A DNA stretch of 64,000 bases from a virus. This document shows, piece by piece, positions 40,501 to 50,683 of the stretch; position 1 is the stretch's first letter, and each line of letters opens with the position of its first letter. The stretch is from UHGV virus genome UHGV-1372779. One strand, given 5' to 3'. Made by a program: the position numbers and the translations under genes. The notes beneath the pieces were generated by a model. It did no database searches. It was given only the letters and a program-made list of their open reading frames with translations, and was not told the origin of the DNA.

Positions 40501-42184
40501 TATATGTGTATGTTTGTCCTTCTTTTCTAATAGGAATAACAGGAAGATTAGATCCTGAGTCTAGTCCTATAGTTAATCCTTGACAGAGGATAGTTGGAAT
40601 TCTTTTTTGTCTAACTATAAAGAATCCTTTAGTATATTTATTAAGTTCTTCAATAACAGAATTATTAAATGTAAACTCAATTCCTATAGGATAAATATTC
40701 TTCGATGATGAATCTATAATGGGTCTAGAATCTATTTTAACCACTCCTTTACCATTCTCTAGTTGTACTGTTCCATTAGTGGATTTTAAAAATCCATCCT
40801 CATCTAATTCTATATATTTTCTATCTCCACTTACTGAATCATATATATCAAAATTAGTAAAGTCTGGAGAATCTGTTAATACTCCTCCCCTAACATTAAA
40901 TACTGGAGATAATGTATAGTTATTTAAAACATAGACTATTCCAAATCTATACAAATCATTCCAATATCCTAGCCTAAAATATATATTGTTAGGATTAGTG
41001 TATTCACCAGAATTAGAAGAGTTAGAAACATCTAAATATTGTTCATTAATATATCCTATAGACTCTTCTCTATATATTTTGGGGCATATTCTAAGACTTA
41101 AATCAGCTAATTCTTCATAAGGAATATCTGTTTTAGCAACATTTCCAAAAAATAATCTATTTTGTACTTGAGCTTGACCTTTTGCCTTAGAAATTATATT
41201 ATAAGTAGTATTTATTTCATCTAAAGAAATATCTATAAAAGGCTCTAGTCCTGTTATTATTATATGAGCTGATCCAGCTGTTATAGTAAACTTTGAATCA
41301 ACTATATAAGCTGAAGTTAGTCTACTTTTGTTATATGATCCAGTAGTTCTAGTACAATATACTTTAACATAATCATAAGTAGAATCTATATTAGTTAAAC
41401 TAAAAGCTACATATTTATCTGATATTGAATCAGATATATTTCCCTTAGGAGAAGTAGAACTTCCTGAGAAAATACTTACTATTCCAGATTCCCCTACAAA
41501 ATCTGTTTCGTTTCCATCAGAGTCCTCATATTTAAAGTAGAATACATAGTTACCTACTTTCAATTGTCCTCCTGATCTTGTTCCCAAGAATTGAATTTTT
41601 GGTATTTTGTTTATTATTTTATATAATCCTGCATCCCCTTCTAAGGTATCTTCATCATATATATTAGTATCATTATTTCCCGCTCTATCTACTACTTGAT
41701 ATTGATTATTTTCAGTAACAGAAAATCTACTATTTATCAGTTTAGGAGTATTTAAATCATCTGTTAGTATAAGATTAACAGATCCATCATAAGATGGTTG
41801 ACACTCTATATCTACTGGATGGTTTATATCTAAATTTAATTTTTTTGTTCTAAAATCTATTAACTCATTAGCATAATTTTTAATATATAAATGCCCAGAT
41901 TTTGGAGCTTCACCTGGATCAGCTGGTTCTATTGATTTATAATCTGATTCGCTTAGCTCTGAAATATTTTGAGTAGTTATATATTTACCATTTACTATTA
42001 TTGGTTGTGAATTTAGATCTAAATATCTTCCAGTTGTATTTTCTATGAGATACTTGTCTTCTGAAGATCTCATACATAATAAGGGATTATATTCATAACT
42101 TAGGAATCCCTTAACTGGCTTTATTTTGTATGCTACACTAAATACTAGACTTAGTGAGTTTAATATTTTGAAATCTGGAGCCAT
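37514..42184 (-). CDS. Giant structural protein of 1556 aa (tail or host-interaction type), N-terminus MAPDFKIL.
   Basis: Long ORF, contiguous with its neighbours. Confidence 0.65.
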   Translation of the reverse strand: MAPDFKILNSLSLVFSVAYKIKPVKGFLSYEYNPLLCMRSSEDKYLIENTTGRYLDLNSQPIIVNGKYITTQNISELSESDYKSIEPADPGEAPKSGHLYIKNYANELIDFRTKKLNLDINHPVDIECQPSYDGSVNLILTDDLNTPKLINSRFSVTENNQYQVVDRAGNNDTNIYDEDTLEGDAGLYKIINKIPKIQFLGTRSGGQLKVGNYVFYFKYEDSDGNETDFVGESGIVSIFSGSSTSPKGNISDSISDKYVAFSLTNIDSTYDYVKVYCTRTTGSYNKSRLTSAYIVDSKFTITAGSAHIIITGLEPFIDISLDEINTTYNIISKAKGQAQVQNRLFFGNVAKTDIPYEELADLSLRICPKIYREESIGYINEQYLDVSNSSNSGEYTNPNNIYFRLGYWNDLYRFGIVYVLNNYTLSPVFNVRGGVLTDSPDFTNFDIYDSVSGDRKYIELDEDGFLKSTNGTVQLENGKGVVKIDSRPIIDSSSKNIYPIGIEFTFNNSVIEELNKYTKGFFIVRQKRIPTILCQGLTIGLDSGSNLPVIPIRKEGQTYTYITESFLTNERVLDHEFEDRLRTIDSCGINAAIIPEAELNSELYSQLFSAIPYEVVAAPIKPENDVLEPSFENSRHYYVNGYTSNTSEYLTTSTLTYVGDSVQLSSSGTMEFSSRAGAAEEAYRVSYLKSENPNKSATNLLRGEWGPYVGIEGYNDPLSIFNVLTYGYNENSLKDYFKIRGNITDPFYPICDRTEYGFVDDFIVCYRGDCFIGNFTHRMCRNFQDPEAPINSDFINQNTWKDHYSGFENGALDLEECAEINRGDVNAVNIGHWVTFKCMSNINLSLRVEDDSNGSEMGLVGHPRTFAPINGFQSDGSYKIPDSTLFNAGFNSTVSEKNNFILPDVPYIKNELSNRIIYSDIYTTDAFKNSYRIFRLNNYSDYNKEFGAITDILEWYSNLLVVFEHGVGILPVNEKVPLGEGQNKEEVFINSNKVLPERPTMLSKTFGSQWKDSIVKSERFVYGVDTVGKRIWRTDGRSFETISDFKIQSYLNDNITLTEKEILPLLGIRNVKSHYNAFKYDIMFTFYDDIKSTDNLGNDINSIGWNICFNEKLNLWTTRYSWIPLLSENINNIYFSYDKDSAKNISSVSSCWSDSYTSRGIVLSNCYDNSGDKYSSNYLREVVYPGVEFPKLSSDTKDIGIGELSLKLDSIDINEVRSLKYKFIEPDEGQTNDNDDFYIEAISDKESRIVFKQSENTYKKYVLEGKYYATLDIEVEINREGVDKDKEVSGQVFRDTLTIRLSYLNNIPELQEPHELTYFWKHGVAGIIDNQTEIKNCVWYDRQYPFELEFIVNKEGARHKIFDNFQILSNNVPPVEILYDVIGDAYAFSNCKENSYKYQSDPNFSTSSLGKEEEDGEFVPEYIITFDPKLYYKKGKLQYDDDTGEPLYLDQLNAEFFKDRKLNQYTMRKSMDVRDIKVWGNILGNSVYKEDLFYLEIDPMRAHRRTYENGEDVTVEDLPFMEIRPRDKFMRVRFKYDGKNKPIITAIQTIYTPSYN

Positions 42185-42185
42185 C

Positions 42186-45100
42186 TTATTTATAGATTAA
42201 GTTCATTGTCTGGAATGACTTTGTTCCGTTATTTCCTATAGAAGACAGGCACTTAGAGATTAATGAATTAGTATTACTATCATTAATTATTGGAGCTATA
42301 TAAGCATTTAATTTATCACTTCTTCCTGCCCCCATAACAATTCCATTATTTCCACTAGAACTAAGTGTTAAAGTTTTTCCATTAACTATGAATAGAGTTT
42401 TAGTAAAACTTGATCCATTTTTAAAGTATAAATAATTATCAGCAGGAGCACTCTCATTTAAATCATGATTATAATCAGTTAATTCTCCCACTATTCCAGA
42501 AATAGTCATGGTATCTCCATCTTTTATTAGATAAAATTTAGATCCTAATAAATCAAACTCTTCGTTAATAGATAAATTAAATTCAAAGCTATCTTTATTA
42601 TAAAAATTACCAGTGAAATATTTGTCATTAGAATTAAATACTAAACCTATATTTGTAATTTCATCTTTCAAAATTATATTTTTTAAAGATTCATAAAAGT
42701 CTTCGTTTAAGGAAGTTTTATTGTTTTTAAACATAGTGACAATCTCAAATCCAGAAACGTTACATTTAGCTATACCTATATTTTTGAATAAAAACTTAGT
42801 ACTCAAGCTAGGAGAGTGTTGCACTTTCGTATTTATATCTGGGACATACATTTCTACTTCCTGAGAACTATTTTGTTGTACATAGGATAATTCGTAAAAC
42901 TTATTTGCAAATGAGCTTATAGCGTTACTCATTCTTAAATCCTTAACAACATCATTATCTACTAGATAGAAATCTGAAGAAATTCCATAATTAGCTTCAC
43001 TATAACTACTAAATTTTCCTTTCACAAAAGGAACTATTCTTACATAGTTTTGAGTATTATATTTACTTTTTTCTCCTATTTCTGGAACATCATACGTTAC
43101 CTTATTTCTAAACGAAGAAGCCCTTCCCCATGCTCCTTTTTTTCCATTTTTATTTTGTATAGCCAAATTAGCAAATATAAAAGGTTTTTGCATACCAGAG
43201 AAAATTCCCTGCTGACTTGTTTTTACAGATACAACCCCATTTTTTTGAATATCTGATTCAGATTTTGGATTTCCTTTTATTCCTGATGCTCCATCAGAAT
43301 CTACTCCAGCAAATTGATCCAAACTGTAAGTGGCTTTATAGAGAGTAGATCCACTTTTTATACTATGAATCTCTAATCTGAAAAAATCATCTTGATGAAT
43401 ACAGTTATTTTGAAAATCCTCTCCACTATCATATATTTGTTTATACTCATTTAAATATTTTGTGAATTTACTTAATCCGCTGTTACATTGTATAGCTCTA
43501 TTTGATCTAAGATTAATATTTACATTAAACTTTGTCCCAGATTCGGCAATAGGTGTACCTTTAGATATAGTAGTGTTTATGCTTTCTACCTCAGATCCGG
43601 TAGCCAAATCCGTGTTATTATCCTCCTCTATAGAGACTCCGCTCACTGAGACCTCTTTAGGATTTAGAATAGCTTGTCCAAATTTTAATTCCCCATATCC
43701 TTTCAGTACTGTATTGTTTGGAACTATGTTAGCTTGAAATGTTTTACTAATTTCACCCTTTACCAATATTCTAGTATTGTACTTAGGAGAACTACTTTTC
43801 TCTGGATCTATAACTATTTCATCATAACTTTGATAAGAATAATTTTCTAAATCAGTTTTAGATAATGCTGCAGGAAGCAGATTTTCCTCACTCCAAGCTG
43901 CTTGAGTAGAGGTAGACTCCATAGAAACAAAATTAGGTATGGATAATGTATTAAAATTCACATCATCTTCCCAGTATTTGTTAAATACCCCAGTAGTCCA
44001 TAAAAAGTTATAAGAAACATACTTATGACACTTTAATTCTTCTTCATTGTTATAAAAATCTAATCCTACTATAGCAACAACATAAAAATTATTCTTCCTT
44101 AACTTACTATTTTCTTTACCTAGATTTATCCCTAAATTATTATACCTAGTTGTATTTCCAAATAGACTCTCTACTTTATAAGCTACTGGTATATTATAGT
44201 TAGAATTAAGTTTCTTAGATAATGTATCTAGATCAGTATACCCAGATGAGTCATCATTATCTATTTTCCCTAAAGCAGCATTATATACTTCTTTATAAGT
44301 TTTATCTATTAATACATAATAATCATTTGATGTTACTAAAGATTGATCAAGTCCCCCTGTTGAGGTCATTTCTGGATTTTGTCCAACAAAACAATCTAAG
44401 GTTATGGTTTTTACATCTTTAATATCAGTAGAGTAGAACATAGAAGTATTACTTATAATATCATAAAACTCTATATAAACAGCATCTACTTTATTTCTTT
44501 GATTCTTAGTCCCTCTAACTATAAACTCATAGAATATTCTCATTTTATCAGAAGTTATCTCAGAATCTAAAGATTCATCTAAATAGTACTTCCAGAATGT
44601 GGATTCCTGAGCTGTAGTTAGTATATTATAATTTATAATATTAGAATATTTTAGATTGGATAGGTAGCCAAATGCAGAATAAGGTTTTATTTCCAGTGAA
44701 ATATTCTTATCTATGTCTTTATTAGATATAGTATGTTCTATTTCAACATGTTCTGCTCCATAAGATACATTGGAAGAACCTGAAAAAACCCCTTCTATAT
44801 TTTCTGTTGTTAAATATTTTTGATCTGCCTCTGCTAATTCAGAATCTAAATCATCAACTTTTACTTCTAGACCAATCACATTATTCATACATTGATTAGT
44901 CACATCAGAAGATGCTTCTATGTCAAAGCTGAATGTATTTGCATCTATTGCATCTTTATGTATATTAGTTATATCTAACGAAAAATTATCTACCTGTTCT
45001 AATTCCAAGGATAACATTAGATAACCATTTAGTTTATTATTATAAACAGCATATAAACTTCCTTCTGAATCATTTAATAACTCTGATTTAGTATAATAGA

Positions 45101-45746
45101 ATGATCCATTGCTTGTACTGAATCTTGGCACTATTTCTTTAACAGATTCACTATATCCAGAGGAGGTTACTCTTAGTAATTTAAATTTAAACAGTCTCCT
45201 TTTTATTAACTGACCTCCACTATATATTTCTAATAGTTTTTCAAAGTTTTGAATTCCCTTGAAATCATCTTCTCCAAGATATATGGCAAACTTATCTCCT
45301 GGCCTTAGTATTTGTTCTGCTAATTCATTATCTATTCTAAAATCTAAATTTAATGTAGTATTAGTTATTCCTTCACTTTTATTGTCAGAATATAGATTGT
45401 CTAATCTTAGTACAGTTTGGGGAGCTTTTTCTATATCAGTAGTTCTAAATATAGTTCTTTCTGGAGAAGGAAAACTTCCAATTTCACATTCTCCTGTAAA
45501 GGGATTCTGTGATACTATATAAATAACTCCTCCATATTCTTTCATTCCTATAGGAATAAAATCCTTTGGAAGTTTACATCCATCTATAGCAGCATTACCA
45601 TCATCACTCTGTAGAACAAATTCATTACCATCATAAGTAATCAATGTTCCATTTAAACAATCTGTTAATACTGAATTTGGAGTAGTTAATGGTTGCATAT
45701 CCATTAACATTCCATCATTAAATGTATTATTAGCTATTTGTCTCAT
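42186..45746 (-). CDS. Large structural protein of 1186 aa.
   Basis: Long ORF. Confidence 0.65.
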   Translation of the reverse strand: MRQIANNTFNDGMLMDMQPLTTPNSVLTDCLNGTLITYDGNEFVLQSDDGNAAIDGCKLPKDFIPIGMKEYGGVIYIVSQNPFTGECEIGSFPSPERTIFRTTDIEKAPQTVLRLDNLYSDNKSEGITNTTLNLDFRIDNELAEQILRPGDKFAIYLGEDDFKGIQNFEKLLEIYSGGQLIKRRLFKFKLLRVTSSGYSESVKEIVPRFSTSNGSFYYTKSELLNDSEGSLYAVYNNKLNGYLMLSLELEQVDNFSLDITNIHKDAIDANTFSFDIEASSDVTNQCMNNVIGLEVKVDDLDSELAEADQKYLTTENIEGVFSGSSNVSYGAEHVEIEHTISNKDIDKNISLEIKPYSAFGYLSNLKYSNIINYNILTTAQESTFWKYYLDESLDSEITSDKMRIFYEFIVRGTKNQRNKVDAVYIEFYDIISNTSMFYSTDIKDVKTITLDCFVGQNPEMTSTGGLDQSLVTSNDYYVLIDKTYKEVYNAALGKIDNDDSSGYTDLDTLSKKLNSNYNIPVAYKVESLFGNTTRYNNLGINLGKENSKLRKNNFYVVAIVGLDFYNNEEELKCHKYVSYNFLWTTGVFNKYWEDDVNFNTLSIPNFVSMESTSTQAAWSEENLLPAALSKTDLENYSYQSYDEIVIDPEKSSSPKYNTRILVKGEISKTFQANIVPNNTVLKGYGELKFGQAILNPKEVSVSGVSIEEDNNTDLATGSEVESINTTISKGTPIAESGTKFNVNINLRSNRAIQCNSGLSKFTKYLNEYKQIYDSGEDFQNNCIHQDDFFRLEIHSIKSGSTLYKATYSLDQFAGVDSDGASGIKGNPKSESDIQKNGVVSVKTSQQGIFSGMQKPFIFANLAIQNKNGKKGAWGRASSFRNKVTYDVPEIGEKSKYNTQNYVRIVPFVKGKFSSYSEANYGISSDFYLVDNDVVKDLRMSNAISSFANKFYELSYVQQNSSQEVEMYVPDINTKVQHSPSLSTKFLFKNIGIAKCNVSGFEIVTMFKNNKTSLNEDFYESLKNIILKDEITNIGLVFNSNDKYFTGNFYNKDSFEFNLSINEEFDLLGSKFYLIKDGDTMTISGIVGELTDYNHDLNESAPADNYLYFKNGSSFTKTLFIVNGKTLTLSSSGNNGIVMGAGRSDKLNAYIAPIINDSNTNSLISKCLSSIGNNGTKSFQTMNLIYK

Positions 45747-46405
45747 TAATATTCTCTTAATTTATCAGTTTTATACTCATTTATCATACTCTCATAACCA
45801 TCAAAAGTCCTTTTGGCTATGTATTCAGCCTTATTAGACTTATAACCTTGCCTCACTTGTTTATGTCCCATCATAGCTAACATGGGAACTCTAAAAAAGT
45901 GAGTATATTTTATATTTAATTTACATTCATCAAACACTTTAAATAGAACTATATCTCCATAATTGAACTCAGTTCTATTATATCTTTTCTTTCTCTTTTC
46001 TGGATTTTTAAACCAAGGATTCATTTGTGATTCATAATTCTCAAATTGGGAGTCTGTTAATCCAAAGTAATAATATCCATCCCATTTAATTTTTCTTCTC
46101 TTATATAATATTTTAAACTTTAATGATACTTTCTTAAGAATATACCTAACCTTATGAGCTAGACTTTGAAAATTTATTCTTCCAAATAGTAATTTAAAGT
46201 TCTGATTATTTATTTTGCTAATAAAAAATACATCTGCATTCCTATAAATTAGTTTATAAAGATTTCTACTTCCATATTTAATGATATAATCTAAATCTTC
46301 TATACTAAATTCAGGAAACTTTTCTTGTAATTCATGGACATAATCATTATATCTTGTATATCCCTTTTTCTTATCCGTAAACTTTTCCATTATTGATATT
46401 ATCAA
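45746..46405 (-). CDS. Basic hypothetical protein of 219 aa.
   Basis: ORF only. The start may be the internal 'MEKFTD'. Confidence 0.45.
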   Translation of the reverse strand: MIISIMEKFTDKKKGYTRYNDYVHELQEKFPEFSIEDLDYIIKYGSRNLYKLIYRNADVFFISKINNQNFKLLFGRINFQSLAHKVRYILKKVSLKFKILYKRRKIKWDGYYYFGLTDSQFENYESQMNPWFKNPEKRKKRYNRTEFNYGDIVLFKVFDECKLNIKYTHFFRVPMLAMMGHKQVRQGYKSNKAEYIAKRTFDGYESMINEYKTDKLREY

Positions 46406-46832
46406 AAAATTCTTTATTCAAGGAATAATTTAATATAACCTCTTTTGTTTTAATTTCCTTTTTTCTATATTCATAAAAAAGAGTTATCCTAGGAAGTACA
46501 AATCCAGAGCCTATATAGTCATACATTTCTGAATCTTTTCTTCTTACATACTCTTTTAATTTTTGTCCTTCTAATATTTTAATTCCTAAAATGAAGGTTC
46601 TTCTTATTGGGAATATAAAAGTAATATTATTTCTGATAATATCCAAGATAATTAGATATAAAAAGTAAATAAAAACTCTACAACAGATATTTCTTGTATT
46701 TACATGTTGTCCATATCTATGTTGTAGAGCTTTTCTCTTAACCGATAACTTTTTTATATCAAAATCTTCGAATAGTTCCTCTGCATTGAAATAGTATTTA
46801 ACAAGACTTGATATAAAATTATTATTTTTCAT
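46371..46832 (-). CDS. Hypothetical protein, probably starting at the internal 'MKNNNFIS'.
   Basis: The start annotated in the track overlaps the upstream gene by 59 nt. The internal Met at 46832 removes that overlap. Confidence 0.4.
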   Translation of the reverse strand: MKNNNFISSLVKYYFNAEELFEDFDIKKLSVKRKALQHRYGQHVNTRNICCRVFIYFLYLIILDIIRNNITFIFPIRRTFILGIKILEGQKLKEYVRRKDSEMYDYIGSGFVLPRITLFYEYRKKEIKTKEVILNYSLNKEFFDNINNGKVYG

Positions 46833-46833
46833 A

Positions 46834-47523
46834 TTATCTAACTGGTTTGTATGATTTACCGTAAGTCTTTCTATCAAATGAGAATTGAGCATCTAATATC
46901 TTATCTACATCATTTTGTGATAATTTATCAGGAGTTCTTGCTCTCTCACATAATCTTCCCCATTCCATTTGAATATCTTTAGCTATTTGCATAGCATTTT
47001 GATCTCTGTTGGCTATGCCTTGTTTATATAACATTGTATAAGCACAATAAGCTGCAATAGCTTCTGCTTCTTTATCACTTATAAATGGAAGTCCTTCTGG
47101 ATCTAACTTCTCTGCTCTATATAATAATAATACATTATGATAATCTCTATCAAAATATAAAGTATCCCCTGATTGATAATATTTAAGAAGTCTTCCATCA
47201 TCATATAATATTGACTCATTAATTTTCCAATAATTTATATATCTCTCAATAAAGCTACTGGCAATTTGAGGAAACCTTTGTAAATTGGAAGTCATTACCA
47301 TATTTGGGAAGTCAGCAAATACTGCTTCTATACTTAATATATCACAAGGAAGTTGCACTTCTCCATTTTTAACATCTAATATAATTCCTTTCACTTCTGT
47401 ATTTCTGTTACCTATTTTAGTATAAGCAATCATTCCTACAGTTGTAAATTCATTCTGATCCATTGTTAGACCATATTTAGCACTTATATATGTATAAGCT
47501 ACATTAAAGTTTAGTGTTTTCAT
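46834..47523 (-). CDS. Hypothetical protein of 229 aa.
   Basis: ORF only. Confidence 0.5.
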   Translation of the reverse strand: MKTLNFNVAYTYISAKYGLTMDQNEFTTVGMIAYTKIGNRNTEVKGIILDVKNGEVQLPCDILSIEAVFADFPNMVMTSNLQRFPQIASSFIERYINYWKINESILYDDGRLLKYYQSGDTLYFDRDYHNVLLLYRAEKLDPEGLPFISDKEAEAIAAYCAYTMLYKQGIANRDQNAMQIAKDIQMEWGRLCERARTPDKLSQNDVDKILDAQFSFDRKTYGKSYKPVR

Positions 47524-47677
47524 TATATCCTTTTAATATTTTAGAATAATGATATTTTCCACATTTAGAGCACTTCCAAATTGATCTTGAATTTAATAGA
47601 TTGACCTCATCTCCATATATATTCCTAATAAATATATTATAATTATGTTTACAAAATAATTGTTTTAAAAATTTCAT
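47505..47677 (-). CDS. Possible small zinc-ribbon protein of about 57 aa (MKFLKQLFCKHN...CSKCGKYHY).
   Basis: Translated by hand. It lies below the ORF-track size cutoff. It has C-x2-H and C-x2-C pairs, with an ATGA start-stop overlap with the upstream gene. Confidence 0.3.
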
Positions 47678-48369
47678 TATCTTGGAGGAGTTTGGTGATC
47701 AAGGTTTATTGGAGTTGCTAATTGGCGATACCATCTGACTTTTTTCTCTGTTAACCTTCTCTTGATATCATTAGCTATAGAATTGAAGTTTATAACATCT
47801 CCATTATTACAACAAGAGAATCCCAAGACTTGTCTAGGATCTTTAAATACCGCTATAATTGTTACTGTTTTTAATAAAGGAACATTAAACAAGTAACAAT
47901 CATACATATTATTTTCATTAGGTGTAGTATCTATATAAACATAAGGTTTTCTTCCTACCCATCTATCATATTTGTGATATTGATAAGATATATCAGTATA
48001 TACCTTAAATGGAGTTTCTCTATCAATAGTCCCAAAATAATCCACAGCTAAAGATCCTAAATCATTCACAATTTGTGGAATCTCTACATGGGGAATCTCA
48101 GTTTGTTTAAATTTAGATCCTATCCCACATATTCCACATTTTTCTATAGGCTTACAATCTACTTCTAAACATGTTATTGAGGTATATAAATCTTTATATG
48201 GAACTAATCCTTTAATAGCATATTCTTTAATAATAGTAAGCCTCTCATCTATTATATCATCCTCTAACTGTTCCATAGAAATTCTAGGATTAGAGGATAA
48301 TCCAGATAATCCAGCTATTATATCATTATATATAGCACTAGATAATTTGTTTAGCCAATCAATTTGCAT
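47677..48369 (-). CDS. Hypothetical protein. The first ATG gives MQIDWLNKL. The start at 48393 in the ORF track is TTG and overlaps a terminator hairpin.
   Basis: The codon at 48391-48393 is TTG. The ATG is at 48367-48369. Confidence 0.5.
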   Translation of the reverse strand: MQIDWLNKLSSAIYNDIIAGLSGLSSNPRISMEQLEDDIIDERLTIIKEYAIKGLVPYKDLYTSITCLEVDCKPIEKCGICGIGSKFKQTEIPHVEIPQIVNDLGSLAVDYFGTIDRETPFKVYTDISYQYHKYDRWVGRKPYVYIDTTPNENNMYDCYLFNVPLLKTVTIIAVFKDPRQVLGFSCCNNGDVINFNSIANDIKRRLTEKKVRWYRQLATPINLDHQTPPR

Positions 48370-48387
48370 ATTAGTATATAAAATTAA

Positions 48388-48418
48388 AGGCAAGCAGGAA
48401 GTTAATCCCGCCTGCCTT
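48388..48418 (-). terminator. GC-rich hairpin, a candidate terminator downstream of the Big_2-domain gene.
   Basis: aaggcaggcgg...cctgcttgcctt forms an imperfect stem in otherwise AT-rich DNA, followed by a T-rich run on the minus strand. Confidence 0.4.
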
Positions 48419-48448
48419 ATTAATTAAAATAGTTCTCTTCTCAAAAGA

Positions 48449-49600
48449 TTAGGTTGTTACAGTTACATCAACTGCTTTGAAGTTTCCATCTTCACCACTT
48501 ACAACTACTTGAGTTTCCCCTACTTCAACACCAGTGATAGTTTTATCATCAACAGTAGCTACTTTCTCATCAAGTGACTCTGTGTAGTACATACCACCAG
48601 CAGGATTTGTAGTAATGGTTAGAACGGCTGTATTACCTTTCTGTACAGTTACAGTTTCTGGAGAAACAGTTAAAGATTTAACTTCCAAATCTATATTATC
48701 AACAATAACATCAGCTGAGCTAAGCATTGCATCAAATTCTTCAACAAGATCATCATTTACCCACATAATGTGTTTAGTAATAGATACTAATTCTTCTCCT
48801 ACAGCTCCCATACCAGTAATATCTCTATGATGTCTATAATCTAATACATATTGAGTATAACTTGCTCCAGGTATTAGTCTAGTATCATCATTATCTTGAG
48901 AGAATATATCTGTTCTGTTGCTATTTTGGATTTGGATGTTTTTAAGCATTGTCCAATAAGTTCCAAAGCCTTCTTTACCATCAACTTTAGTATCAGCATC
49001 ATATTTAACTAATGTTCTCCAAACTGGCTCAACTGGATAATAAGTACCTAAAGCAGCAGTATTCCAGTTTACTAATTCTTGTACTTCTACATTATAGAAA
49101 TATTGGAATTCATCTTCACCAGAAAGAACAATAGTAGTTCCTCCATCTGTTTTTAATTTAAAGTTAATAACAAGATTATCATATAAGAAATCTTGATCTT
49201 TTAAGATCTCTACAAATTCTGCAGCTATTCCCTTAGCAGTATCATCTTTAGTGATGGTTAAGTTAGCTACAATAGGTCTTGCTTTAACTCTACTATTATA
49301 AGTAGAATAATCAGATCTAACTGAGCCTCTTCTTCTTACTTCTACCATTAATCTAATATTCTTTACTTCTCCAACCTGTGTAGGAATTATAGAATCAGGA
49401 ATAGTGATTTCGATAGAAGGTTTAATTGGTTGAGACGATGGGGTTTTATAGACAGTTCTATTTACAATATGGTTAGCTTCAAAAGTTCCATATCTATAGA
49501 TTCTAAAGCCACTCCCCTTTGGCAATTTTTCAAATTTTGGTCTGCCGCTATAAGCGTCGATCGCGGAATTAATTAATCGTTCGTTTACAAATTCAAACAT
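48449..49600 (-). CDS. Protein of 383 aa with a C-terminal bacterial Ig-like (Big_2) domain, a candidate head fibre or decoration protein.
   Basis: The C-terminal ~80 aa ('LTVSPETVTVQKGNTAVLTITTNP...GETQVVVSGEDGNFKAVDVTV') match the Big_2 pattern. Confidence 0.6.
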   Translation of the reverse strand: MFEFVNERLINSAIDAYSGRPKFEKLPKGSGFRIYRYGTFEANHIVNRTVYKTPSSQPIKPSIEITIPDSIIPTQVGEVKNIRLMVEVRRRGSVRSDYSTYNSRVKARPIVANLTITKDDTAKGIAAEFVEILKDQDFLYDNLVINFKLKTDGGTTIVLSGEDEFQYFYNVEVQELVNWNTAALGTYYPVEPVWRTLVKYDADTKVDGKEGFGTYWTMLKNIQIQNSNRTDIFSQDNDDTRLIPGASYTQYVLDYRHHRDITGMGAVGEELVSITKHIMWVNDDLVEEFDAMLSSADVIVDNIDLEVKSLTVSPETVTVQKGNTAVLTITTNPAGGMYYTESLDEKVATVDDKTITGVEVGETQVVVSGEDGNFKAVDVTVTT

Positions 49601-49648
49601 TGTTTTAATTTTTAAAAGTTAATAATATTATCTCACGCATAAATTTAT

Positions 49649-50680
49649 TTATCTTCTAGATCCTTGTTGCTCTTGTTGCACTCCAGCAGGAGGTGCTATT
49701 GTGTTATTAATAGCTGCATTAGTTTGCAGTCTAGGATCAGAATAGTTTTCTAATAATAATTTTACTAAAGTATGCAAAATCTCCTGACAAATATACTCTG
49801 GGAATTCTAAAACCTGAGAAGTATCTATATCCATATCAAATTGTCTTTGAGATAATCTGATATATTGAGGAGTTTTTAAATAGTCAATATATATATTAAC
49901 TACCTTAAATACATCAGTTGCTCCAACTCTTATTTGTAATAATACATTATTATAAGCATCATTTAATATTTGTCTAGCAATATCTGGTGTATCTGCTTTA
50001 ATTAATTTTTCTTTTACTTCTGACTCTATTTCTACACTTTCAAAATCTTCAGCTAGTCTTGATTTATATTTAGTATTTACTTGACCTTTTTGATCAGAGG
50101 TCAAGGCTCTATATATAATATCTAAGGTACTACCCTTCATTCTACTTTTCTCAATGTCTGAAAAATCTTCATCTTGATAATCTATCAAGTGTAAATAGTT
50201 TTTCCAAACTCCATTTGAGTAAGAATTATTTATAATATAGAAATAGGGTGTTCTGTAACTAGGTCTAAAATAAGCATTATTTATTGCATCTGAATTAATC
50301 TCTCCAGTTGCTCTTATTGCTTTATTAGTCCATTTTTGCCCCTTATCATAGCATCTCCAAGTATGCAAAAGTTCAAATTGGACTTGACAAGAAATGAGAT
50401 GATAATAATTTTCTGGGAGTCTTACTTCATATATAGTTCCCATATTATCTTCTTCACTTAGGCTTATATTATTGTCAGTTACAGGAATTTTTATAAAATC
50501 TTTTAATACTCTAAGATCATCAGTTCTTTGCTGATCAGCATTATAGAAATTATAAATAGAATTTACAGTTTGTTGAATGGATTTATTAATAAAATAATTA
50601 TAATCTTCTATTAATAAATTAGGTGCTCCATTTTTCTTAGTCTCAATTATTGCATACTGTAAAAGTTCTTTAACAGTCAT
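49649..50680 (-). CDS. Hypothetical structural protein of 343 aa.
   Basis: ORF only. Confidence 0.5.
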   Translation of the reverse strand: MTVKELLQYAIIETKKNGAPNLLIEDYNYFINKSIQQTVNSIYNFYNADQQRTDDLRVLKDFIKIPVTDNNISLSEEDNMGTIYEVRLPENYYHLISCQVQFELLHTWRCYDKGQKWTNKAIRATGEINSDAINNAYFRPSYRTPYFYIINNSYSNGVWKNYLHLIDYQDEDFSDIEKSRMKGSTLDIIYRALTSDQKGQVNTKYKSRLAEDFESVEIESEVKEKLIKADTPDIARQILNDAYNNVLLQIRVGATDVFKVVNIYIDYLKTPQYIRLSQRQFDMDIDTSQVLEFPEYICQEILHTLVKLLLENYSDPRLQTNAAINNTIAPPAGVQQEQQGSRR

Positions 50681-50683
50681 TTA

